Shown here one piece after another: positions 53,597-64,000 of a stretch of DNA of 64,000 nucleotides. The notes beneath the pieces were generated by a model that did no database searches, was not told the origin of the DNA, and saw only the letters and a list, made by a program, of their open reading frames with translations. Both the position numbers and the translations under genes were made by a program. How positions within the stretch are numbered: the first letter of the stretch is position 1; the number at the start of each line of letters is the position of its first letter. Location of the stretch: assembly GCF_009834535.1 (NCBI RefSeq), contig NC_045697.1, positions 97,280,001 through 97,344,000 on the forward strand, given 5' to 3'. This stretch comes from Camelus ferus (taxonomy: Eukaryota).

Positions 53597-54157
53597 TGCG
53601 GCAGATTTTTTTTGCTCCAAAGATGGCTTCACCAACATGTATCTCATTCCATATCCTCACAACTTTAACATGTCCTGTTAGGAGGTGGTGTCTGTTACCT
53701 TCCCAGAGCCTAAGTGAAACTTGTAACTGTCTCAACCAACAAGGCAGAACCGATGCTATGGGATTTTTGAGGCTACGTCTTAAAGGCAATATAGTGTCCA
53801 TCAGCAGTCTTTCTCTCTCTTTCACCATCTCTCTCAATACTTGCTCTTGTGATGCATATGCTACACTTTGAGGAAGCACCAGCCACATGTAGAGGCCATG
53901 TGTGATTGTTCACACTGGCAGCCCCTGCCAGGTCCTCAGCTGATAGCCCACATCAACTGTCAGACCTGTGAAGGAGTAAGATTTTAGATAATAGCAGCCC
54001 TGAGTCTTTGAGTTTTCTTACTGTAGCCGCAGACAAACCATCCCTACTGTGTTCTAGTTCCTGAGCCACAGAACCATGAGAAGTAATAAAGGATTCTTGT
54101 TTTATAAAGCTGCTGTATTTGGGGGTAATTTGTTACAGAGCAACTAGATAATTAACA
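53597..54157 (+). mobile_element. MaLR solo LTR, MLT1G/H-like
   Basis: TG start and end 'gggtaatttgttacagagcaactagataattaaca', with AATAAA near 54085. Confidence 0.85.
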
Positions 54158-54480
54158 TAAAGAAATATGTCATCCATCCCTTTTTTCTGTATTACATATT
54201 AGTTTGTCTCTTATTAGTTTACTTTTTTGACTAGTCAAGTTTCCATTCTGTATAGCCATTAAAGCACTCAGTAAATACCCATTTAGCATTTTCTATGTAC
54301 CAGTCTTGTGGTGGCCCCTTGTGAAGGAATAATAAAGGAGACAGTCGAAGTCTCTGCTACTGTAGAGCTTACGTTCTAATCTGGTGGGAATGGACTTCCT
54401 CCACTGACCCTGCAGCTTTACATTTCTAATCCAGAGACACGGGACAGACTCTGACACGGGAGAATATTCTAGTCATCCTT

Positions 54481-55022
54481 TGTGTCCTAGCTCAGGTTCC
54501 CTGGGAGCAAACCCTGAATGGTTTTTGTGCAAATTGTAATTTGTTAAAGAACCAGTCCTAGGAAAAACCACAAAAGGAGAGGACAGAGCAGGAAAGGGAA
54601 ACAGAATAAGCCAAGTGAAACCTGCAGGCAAGGTCCCAGGCTCAGCTGGATCCCGCAGGGTGGCTCTGCGGGTGCACTGCATCTAAGAGTTACATTAGAT
54701 GCAGCAGAACTGGGCTTTCACGCTCGCGGATCAGTCGGTCATCTTAACATGTTGATTACCACTTGGGTGACAGGTGTGTTTCCTCAGGGGCACCCAATCC
54801 ACAAGCTGGGTGATCAGCACCTAAGTGTAAACTGCCAGGTACTCTGGGTGATCAGCATCTAAGTGTAAACTGCCAGGTACTCTGTTCTTTCTAAATCTGA
54901 GCAGTGAAATTCCAGCAATGCAAGGGAAGTTTTGGTAAGAGATCAGCACAAGGTAGTCAGGGAAAGATACACTGAAATGATAAAAGTTATCTTAAGAGAT
55001 CTGGGATGAGCATGGATACTGT
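54481..55022 (-). mobile_element. ERVL LTR (LTR16/LTR33 group) with an internal 38-bp tandem duplication
   Basis: 'tgtcctagctcaggttccctgggagcaaaccctga...' resembles the antisense 3' end of LTR16/33. Duplicate units lie at 54806-54843 and 54844-54881. The right boundary is uncertain. Confidence 0.6.
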
Positions 55023-55994
55023 CTCCTTAATTCACTGAGGATAAAAAAGATCAAGTATTCAAAATATAAAAACTCTCAGAGTGAAAGTTAAGAACCAAGA
55101 AGGTAAATACTGATTTAGACTTCCAGAAAGTAAAATATTTTGTAGCTCCAAAATAAAAGCATAATTTCTGACCCAAAATATATTTATTACTGCATAGATT
55201 GTTTTAATCCTTTATTATTTACTTAGAGTTATTTAGTGATATGATATCATGATATAATAAGATACAGTTATTTACTAATACTACATTATAATAGTATAAT
55301 AAATTTCAAGTAGAATCAAGAATAATATAGATAGATGAAAGGATGGGGAAAGGAGGGGAGGGCATTCATTTTTGTATATACTAGATACAGATATTGCTTG
55401 TTCTTTTTCCAGTTTGGACTAGGCATGGATAATTCTCCTGATTATAATCAGCGTCACTTCTTTTTCTGCTACTCTTTGACCACTTTCCACCAGCTGGAAA
55501 TTATTTACCTCTCCATAATCCATATGCAGGCAAAATCATTGACTCCCTCGTTTGAGTTTACCCCCCGGGGTAGAGATAGGGACCTCCAAGTGTGTGTTTT
55601 ATACATTTATTGGCTTATTTTAACGGGGAGAAGTTTTGTAAATGTCAAGACAAGTTTAAATTGAGAAGTATTGATTGAATATAGAATATTTAGAAGGGGC
55701 ATATAGCTGTCTTTATTGATTTCTAACTGTTTCTGCAGTATGGTAAGAAGAACCCATCTCAGTGGTAATATTAGAAAATTCGTTTGATTTTCTAACAAAG
55801 GGCTGAACTTGTGTTCTTTGCTCTTTGTGGTTAAATAAATTAAACAGTCTTTCATGTCTGACCTTTCTGAATAAAAATTATTCTTATTTGACCATTGATT
55901 TGTATCCATTAAATTAAAAAGTTGGTATCAATAAAAATCAGCCATTTCATAAAACAAAGCATGAGCTTAGTGTGACTAAATATATATATATAGT

Positions 55995-56554
55995 TGTATG
56001 AGTTATCTAAAGCTGCATAATAAATTGCTACAGTTTTTGTGGGTCAGCGATCCAGGTACGGCTTGCCTGGATCCTTTGCTTTAGCTACTCCCACAAGCTG
56101 CAATCCAAATGCCATTCTGGGCTGGGATCTCATCTGAGGCTCAAATGAGGAGGGGCTTATTTCTAAGCTTAAGTGTTTTTTTTGTTTTTGTTTTTGTTTT
56201 TGTTTCTGTTTCTGTTTTTTTGCCAGGATTCAGTCCATTGTGTCCTACCCAGTTAAGTACCTCAGTTCTTTCCTTATTGTCACTTAGAGCCTCCCTCAGT
56301 TCCTTGTCTCTTGGGCTTGTCTATTTGCCAGCTTACTTCATCAAAGCCAGCAAGAGTCAATAGAAAAGATCTGCTAACAAGATAGAAGGCACAATCTTAG
56401 GCAATATAATCATGAAAATATTCCATGGTCTTTATCATATTCTATGGGTTAGCAACAAATCACAGATCCCACCCACACTAAGAGAGGATCTTACAGAAGC
56501 ATGAACAACAGAAAGCAGGGGAAATTGGGAGCCATCCTGGAGCCTGTCCACACA
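55995..56554 (-). mobile_element. MaLR solo LTR, MLT1E/F-like
   Basis: TG...CA bounded; 5-bp TSD atagt/atatt; MLT1 antisense motifs; internal (TTTTTG)n at ~56175-56220. Confidence 0.85.
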
Positions 56555-57616
56555 ATATTTTATGTGGTGAAATAATGCAAAAATGAAAATGAAATGAAAA
56601 AAATCATCCAATGAATAAAAGAGTTCTTTGTTCTAAGAGTTTGTAATCTAGTAATGAAAATATGACAATAAGCAGAAAGCATTGCAACACCTTAGTAATA
56701 GCTTATATGTTGACACATTCTTATTTCATTTGTGAAGCATGCATAATGGGTATAATTCTGAGGAACTTAGCAGCACAAACATGCCACCTTACTTACCCAA
56801 AATGACTATTAGGCAAAGAAGGCCAGTTGACCAATGAATAGGCACATGAGACCTGAAAAAGTATTATTGGGGAAAATTAAGAGACAGGAGCATTCATTAC
56901 ATCATTTCCCTGTTGCTCATCATACTCTGAAGCTGCACATAGTGGGACAAGAATTTGGATTCTGGAAGAGAGATCTAGTTCTCTGGGCTGGGAGCTTATA
57001 TAGCTTCATATTAGAGGAAGCACATGCACTTCCACCAGCTTGATTGAGAATGAAGTCCAAGACTTGAGCTTGCAGCTGTGTGATATGCTGTTCCAGTGGC
57101 TTCCAGACTCCATCCATCACCTCAGCACTTTGCTAGAATGGATTGTCCTAGCACTGAAGTCTACAGCTGGTTTCAGTGGAGTAGATTTTAGTTCCCAAAT
57201 ATTCTGCAAGAAGCCAGTTCCCTCTTGGATAAGTTCATCTTTAACTCTGAGTCAACACCCCAGATTCCAAAGGATGTCCTGTGTATCTCCTACCCCATCA
57301 CCGCCCCTTGCTGTTTCAGCCCATGTTAGTTATTTGCTGATATTGCAGTGATGCAGCATTCTCACTGATACACATGAGTCTGAGTTCAGTGTAAAAGCAG
57401 GTTATTTAGTTCATGTTTAGGTGTTTCCATATGATCTATATTTCTTCCATATAATTCTTTTTATGGAAGAATATTTTAATTTTAGATGTTTTTATCATGT
57501 TTCTATAAAATTGTTAATCACCTAAATCTTCTACTTTTCCTCTACATTCTGTCTCTTTTATAAGACTCCACAATTTCTTCCAAAAGAAATGCTCTAATTT
57601 AACTTGAAAAATATAT

Positions 57617-58118
57617 ATATATGATCCTCAACTTGCAATGGTTCAATTTAAAAAGTCAATTTTTCGACTACAATGGTGCAAAAGTGATAGGCATTCAGTA
57701 AAAACCATACTTTGAATTTTGAATTTTGATCTTTCCCTGGCTAGTGATGTGTAGTACAATACTCTGTTGTGCTGCTGGCAGTCACAGCCACAGCTCTGAT
57801 CAGCCACGTGACCAGGGGGTAAACACTCCAGACACATACAACCATTCTCTACCTGGACAACCATTTTGTTTTTCACTTTCAGTACAGTTTTCAAACCATT
57901 ACATGAGTTATTCAACACTTTATTATGAAATAGACTTTGTGTTAGGTGCATTTGCTCAACTGTAGGCTGATGTAAATGTCATGAGTGCATTAAGGTAGGC
58001 AAGGCTAAGCTGTGATGTTTGGTTGGTTAGATGTATTAAATGCATTTTGGCTTACAATATTTTCAATTTACAATAGGTTTATTGGGACATAACTCCATCG
58101 TAAGTCAAGGAAGATCTG
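57617..58118 (-). mobile_element. MER47/Tigger5-type TcMar non-autonomous element
   Basis: Ends 'ccatcgtaagtcaaggaagatctg' followed by TA. Internal 'taaggtaggcaaggctaagctgtgatgtttggttggttagatgtattaaatgcatttt' matches the recalled MER47 consensus. Confidence 0.88.
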
Positions 58119-59736
58119 TATCTTTAATTTTTCATCTCATTTTATTTCATAACTCTAGATAATGCTTTTTAATATATTTTATTGAGTGGGGTTATCTTAT
58201 AGGTAGGAGTGTTTTATTTTGAAGTTTTGTATGTTTCTAATGAATAATTCTGTTTTTAGTTGGTCCAGGAGTTATGCTACTTACTCCCAAGTTCTGTTGG
58301 AAGCCAGTAATACTAGAACAGTGTTCCAATATATTTCTTTTTTTGTCTTTTCTAAAGGTTAATGATCTAGTTTCTGAAATAGCCATTTAGAAAATGTTAA
58401 CTTCATGCTAATTCAAATTATTCTCCAAAAATCTGCCCTGAAATAACCTCTTGCCATTTTTATTCTACATCTGGAAGAAAATAAAAATGCTGAGATTCCC
58501 ATGGTGGATCTTGCAAATGGAAAAAAGTGCATTAAATGTATATTACTAAACTGGCTAAAATAGTTTTTTTGTTTGTTTTTTGTTTTTTGCCAGAGCTGCT
58601 TTGGCAGATATCTTGACTATCTTTTTAACTGGAAGAAGTTAAAAATAACCATCAGTGCGCAGACTCAACATTTTTGCCTTGGTATTTGTGTCAGAAGAAA
58701 ATAAACCCACTTAGAAAACAAAGAAATATGTAACATGGAGCCTGTGGTTTGAATGATGAAAACGGCAGCTTAGAAGTTACAAAACTGCAAGAACTGGTGA
58801 CCCAGGGCTGGTTTGGAGTATAAATTTAAAACTTAGGTTCTTTGAAAATTCATTAAAAAGCGATAAATGGATAGTGATCTTTTCAGAAAGTTTCAGGAAT
58901 CCAAAATATCAAAACAAAATACTGCCTGAGGGGAAAAGATTAAATTTTCCAGATGCCTTAGCATTAAAATATTAGAGTAGGGAGGCAAAGGTTTTAACAA
59001 TAATTGCTAACTACCCTTTTCTCTACTGTTAGACAATTTGTCTTCAGACATTTTCTGTCCCATTCTAAAGGCTAAATTCATTAAGCTCTACTCATTTTCT
59101 TTAAGCAAAAAATAGGAATATGCATAATGTTTAGTTACTATTTCCTTCAAAGTATTGCTGCTTACATAATGTATAGTGTTCTCAAAAAGCAATTAATGAG
59201 CCTTGGCGAACAGCATTCTTTAAGTCAGTGCTTTCCAAAGTGTCCTAGACCATGTCTCATTTTGAAAAACAGACAATAAAAATTAAAAAGTAAAACCTAG
59301 TTTTCTCTTATAATGCTTTGAGATTTCTAATTAGAATAAATATTGTTATTACAAACAAATAAAAGGAAACAAATGTGGACCCATCTGTTAAATAAAAAAT
59401 CTGTTATATTCCCCCAACTCTTCCTATCTGTCCCAACCTGGTACTCCTGGATAAGAAACATTATGAGACTACTGTTTCCCTGGGTTTCTCATATTAGGTA
59501 TATAAATCTAAACTACAGAGATAACTTGTGTTCTTCATAATTTAGATATCTACATATCATAGCACCAGGATAGATTCTGTGGGATGGACAGATAGTCAGA
59601 GAGCACCTGGAGCAAATCTCTGAGGTGCGCTAACACTCCATTGGTGCGTAGAAGAGAAGACACGAAGAAAATTTACTTATGGAAAAGATGTACTTGGAGA
59701 AACCATGAGACCTTAGAATGTTGTGATTAGATGGCT

Positions 59737-59841
59737 GCAGTGGTTTTAAATAGGTCCACAAATTATTTGATGCTCCTTCTTTCAAGAAGTAGAATCTAAT
59801 TCCCCTCCTCTTAAGTGTGGCTGGACTAACTGATTTGCTTC
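59737..59841 (+). mobile_element. 5' fragment of an MLT1F-like LTR
   Basis: 'gtggttttaaataggtccacaaattatttgatgctcc...aatctaattcccctcctcttaagtgtggctggac'. Confidence 0.75.
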
Positions 59842-59915
59842 TTTTTTTTTTTACTGTATGTTTGCGTTGAAGTATAGTCAGTTTACAATGTTGTGTCAAT
59901 TTCTGGTGTACAGCA
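59842..59915 (-). mobile_element. Short young LINE-1 3' tip
   Basis: Poly-T followed by 'gaagtatagtcagtttacaatgttgtgtcaatttctggtgtacagca', nearly identical to 60426-60470. Confidence 0.88.
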
Positions 59916-60310
59916 GTACTCTAATGCTGTAATATGGCAGTGTATTAACAATAAATTTCAATGCATAAACAGTATAAAACATGTAAATTATGATTGGAAA
60001 AGCATAAAATGTAGGAGAGAAGGAGTAAGAGGGGAGAACTTTTGTATGCAAGTGAAGTTAAGTGATCAGTTTAACATAGACTGTATTTCTATAAGATGTT
60101 TTATGTAAACCTAGTAATAAACACACAGAAAATCTACATAGATACACAAAAGATAAAGAGAAGGAAATTGAAGACTATCACCATGGGAAATGATCAAATC
60201 ACAAAGGAAGACAGCAAGAGAGGAAAAAAGAAACAAAGGAACTATTCAACAGCCAGAAAACAGTAAAGGAGATGGCTTTAGTAAGTCCTTACCTATCAAT
60301 AATTATTTAG
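59916..60310 (+). mobile_element. Older LINE-1 inter-ORF region up to the ORF2 start
   Basis: Ends in 'atggctttagtaagtccttacctatcaataatt' (MALVSPYLSII, the ORF2p N-terminus). Confidence 0.75.
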
Positions 60311-60387
60311 TTGGGGATCTAAAGTACATAATGTTGATTATAACTAATTATACTGTAGTGTATGCCTACCTGTTTCTAAGAGAGATC

Positions 60388-62344
60388 TTTTTTTAAATTT
60401 TATTTATTTCTATTTTTATTTTATTGAGGTATAGTCAGTTTACAATGTTGTGTCAATTTCTGGTGTACAGGACAATTCTTCTGTCATAGTGAATATACAT
60501 ATATTCATTTTCATATTCTTTCTCACCATAAGCTATTACAAGATATTGAAAATATTTTCCTGTGCTATATAGTATAAACTTGTTCATCTATTTTATATAT
60601 ACCAGTCAGTATCTGAAAATCTCAAAGTCCCAGTTTTTCCCTTCCCACTCCCCTCCCCTCTGGCAACTGAAAGTCTGTATTCTATGTCTGTGAGTCTATT
60701 TATGTTTTATATATAAGTTTATTTGTCTTTTTTTTTTTTTTTTAGATTCCACATATGTGAGTGATGTCACATGGTATTTTTTCTCTCTCTCTGGCTTACT
60801 TCACTTAGAATGACATTCTCCAGGGCCATCCGTGTTGCCACAAATGGCATTATTTTATATTTTTTATGGCTAAGTGGTATTCCATTGTATAAATAAACCA
60901 CAGCCTCTTTATGCATTCATCTGTTGATGGACATTTAGGTTGTTTCCATGTGTGGACTATTGCAAACAACACTGCTATGAACATTGGAGTACCGGTGTCT
61001 TTTTGAATTAGGGTTCCCTCTGGATATATGTCCAGGAGTAGGATTGCTGGGTCATATGGTAAGTCTAGTTTTAGTCTTTTGAGGAATCTCCATACTGTTT
61101 TCCACAATGGCTATACCAAACTGCATTCCTACCAACAGTGTAGGAGACTTTCCTTTTCTCCACACTCTCTCGAGCATTTATCATTTGTGGACTTTTGAAT
61201 GATGACCATTCTGACTGGTGTGAGGTGATACCTCATTGTAGTTTTGATTTGCATTTCTCTGATAATTAGTGATATTGAGCAATTTTTCATGTGCCTATTG
61301 GTCATTCATATGTCTTCATTGGAGAATTGCTTTTTTGGGTCTTCTGCCTGTTTTTGGATTGGGTTGTTTGTTTTTTTCTTACTAAGTCATATAAGCTGTT
61401 TATATATTCTGGAAATCAAGCCTTTGTCAGTTTCATGTTTTGCATATATTTTCTCCCATTCTGTAGGTTGTCGTTTTGTTTTCCTTATGGTTTCCTTTGC
61501 TGTGCGAAAGCTTGTAAGTTTAATTAGGTCCCATTTGTTTATTTTTACTTTTATTTCTATTGCTTGGGTAGACTGCTCTCAAAGAATATTGCTGAGATGT
61601 ATGTGAGATAATGTTTTGCTTATGGTTTCTTCTAGGAGGTTTATTGTGTCTTATGTTTAAGTCTTTAAGCCATTTTGAGTTTATTTTTGTGTATAGTGTG
61701 AGGGAGTATTCTAACTTCATTGATTTACATGTAGCTGTCTAGTTTTCCCAACACCATTTGCTGAAGAAAGTGTCTTTATTGTATGTTCATTACATGTTCT
61801 TGCCTCCTTTGTCAAAGATTAATTGACTAAAAGTTTGTGGGTTCATTTCTGGCCTCTCTGTTCTATTTCATTGATCCCTATGTCTGTTTTTGTACTAATA
61901 CCGTGGTATTTCGACTACTGTAGCTCTGTATTATTATCTGAAGTCTGGGGGGATTATTCCTCCAGCTTTGTTCTTTTTCTTCAGTAGTGCTTTGGCAATT
62001 TTGGGTCTTTTGTGATTCCATATAAATTTTAATATGATTTGTTCTAGTTCTGTGAAATATGTTCTGGGCAATTTGATAAAGATCACATTGAATCTGTAGA
62101 TTGCCTTGGGCAGTATGGCCATTTTAACAATATTGATTCTTCCAATCATGGAAGAGTATGGGATAACTTTCCATTTTTTTACATCTTTTTAAATTTTGTT
62201 CAGTGTTTTGTAGTTCTCCACGTATAAGTCTTTCACCTCGTTGGTTAGATTTATTCATAGGTATTTTATTACCTTGGGTGCTATTTTAAAATGGATTGCC
62301 TCTTTACTTTCTTTTCCTGTTGATTTATTGTTAGTGTAAAGAAT
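60388..62344 (-). mobile_element. 5'-truncated lineage-specific LINE-1 (~1.95 kb) inserted into an older L1 3' UTR
   Basis: ORF2p fragments at 60850-61107, 61520-61720 and 61934-62149 ([20 protein letters not shown]). TSD gag(t)agatctt at 60380-60389 and 62345-62355. Confidence 0.96.
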
Positions 62345-62525
62345 GAGTAGATCTTAAATGTTCTCACCACACACACAAAAAAATGGTAATGATATGATGG
62401 GAGGGAGGTATTAGTTAATGCTACAGTAGTGATCATTTTACAATATATAAATATATCAAAATACATTGTACACCTCAAACTTATAAAATGCTACATGTCA
62501 ATTATATCTCAATAAAACTTGGGGG
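62345..62525 (+). mobile_element. L1MA9/L1MB-like 3' end (continuation of 60310-60389)
   Basis: 'gagtagatcttaaatgttctcaccac...gtcaattatatctcaataaaact'. Confidence 0.85.
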
Positions 62526-62658
62526 AAAAGTAATAAGAAACAAAAATTAAGTTAATGTTTTGATGAAAGAGAGACATTTGTAACCTCAAACCATAAATTA
62601 TGAAGAAAGTACCATTTTTCCCAAAGTTAGAAAGGCAAATAGAAATTTGCTAAGATCC

Positions 62659-63075
62659 TGTAGTTGACTGAATAGTGACCCTAAAAACAGTATGTTCACT
62701 CAGAGCCTATGAATGTGACCTTATCTGGAAAAAGTGTTTTTGCAGATGTAATAAATTAAGGATCTCAAGATGAGATTAGAGTGGGCACTAAATCCAGTGA
62801 CAGCTATCCTTTTTTTAAAAAAAGGGGGTGAAGACAAGGAAGAGAGGCTCATGTGAAGATAAAGGTTTAGACTGGACTTAGGTTGCCACCAGCCAAGAAA
62901 GGCCAGGGGTCACCAGAACCTGAAAGAGGCAAGGAAGTGCTCTTCTCAAGAGCTTTCAGAGGAAGCATGATGCTGCTGACATCTTGGTTCCAGATTTCTG
63001 GCCTACATTACTATAAAATAATTTATTTCTGTTGCTTTAAGCCACAAGTTTGTAGTAATTTTTTATGGCAGCCCC
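62659..63075 (+). mobile_element. MaLR LTR, MLT1B/C-like
   Basis: 'gaatgtgaccttatctggaaaaagtgtttttgcagatgtaat...ttaagccacaagtttgtagtaattttttatggcagccc'. Confidence 0.88.
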
Positions 63076-63199
63076 TTGCTCTTAAAATTCAGAAAAAGAA
63101 GCAAAGCACATTCACCAAATAATAGCCCACTCTGTGAACAGTTTACCAGTCAAACAATAAAACAGTTTGGAAACTTGATTGAAAAGTGAGACCTTAGAG

Positions 63200-64000
63200 G
63201 AACTGCTTTGGATGAAAGCCTAAATTACTGTTGGTACTTTAAATGAAGACAGACTAAAGATATGCAAGTCTTTTTCTTAATGATAATATGATGAGAATTC
63301 AGAAGGAAATAAAATGGGAAAATGCAAAGCACAGGAAAAAAGCCTAGAAAAACACAAACATAGATCCACACATATTCAAAACCACCAAAAAATGAATCCT
63401 CATTGGATTCAGCAATTAATGAATTATATATTGCTGAAAACAGTCATTGGCATGGGGGATAAAATTGGGCAAATACTAGTGGATGAATAATAAAATGAAG
63501 ACAAAGAGTTTTTAAAAATAGAGAACAATGAATGATAAAAAAACACAGGCAGTGGTATTCCATTTTGCAAAATTGGTGTCCCAAAAGGAAAATGAATTGA
63601 TTACTAGAAAAGAAAACAGTAAAACTATTCTAAGATAAAATAAAACTTTACAAAATAAAATAAAATAATGTAAACTTTCTAAAAATAAAAGATGGGGATC
63701 TGTAGGGGATTAAAAAGTCACCTATAGCAAGAAAAACTAACACAGAACAGTCAATACATGAATACTGAAATACAGCCTGGTAAATTTTACTGCACCTTAA
63801 ATAAATAAAAGAAAAAAAATTTTAGGAATCTAAGCATAAAAAGTCAAGTCATATGTAAAGGAACAGAATTATTCTGATTTCCCTATTCCTTGTCACATCA
63901 TTTAACTCTGGAAACAGGAGAGCATGTTTACAAAGCCTTCAAAGTAGGAATGGACAATGTACATATTCTGTGTCAATTTACATAAGTATCCAGGCAACTA
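63200..64000 (+). mobile_element. Ancient L1ME/HAL1 ORF1-region relic, running off the window end
   Basis: A-rich strand with old ORF1-like motifs ('aattggtgtcccaaaagga', 'caagtcatatgtaaaggaacagaatt'). Highly diverged. Confidence 0.45.

Noticed and set aside
54806..54881. 38-bp direct repeats as CRISPR-like units
   Set aside because: Only two adjacent copies with no spacer, in a mammalian LTR context.

Overview
AT-rich, CpG-depleted mammalian genomic DNA, intergenic or deep intronic. I can support no host protein-coding exon, RNA gene or CRISPR array. The youngest L1 3' ends look cetartiodactyl. I see no Bov-A/BovB, CHR or PRE1 SINEs, so a camelid (alpaca/camel) source is a reasonable inference, not a certainty. 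The window is a transposon palimpsest. It holds young and old LINE-1 copies and two degenerate HERV16/ERV3-16A3-like class III ERV (ERVL) relics arranged head to head. It also holds several MaLR (MLT1) and ERV1 solo LTRs, a near-full-length Tigger1, MER47- and MER58-type DNA transposons, MIR/L2 relics and microsatellites. The ORFs I could assign are TE fragments or low-complexity artefacts; the rest are short and unrecognised. The most interesting structures are insertion and repair scars. (1) A 5'-inverted (twin-primed) L1 appears to carry a ~750-bp 3' transduction inside one 15-bp TSD (9073-11936). (2) An ERV1 LTR with one abnormal end is flanked by an ~86-bp direct duplication (14662-15461). 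(3) A 50-bp segment is copied 1.27 kb away with a stutter (47790/49056). There are also several repeat-free, motif-dense candidate enhancers. I found no convincing new biological system. Repeat family names come from recalled consensus sequences and need Dfam/Repbase confirmation.
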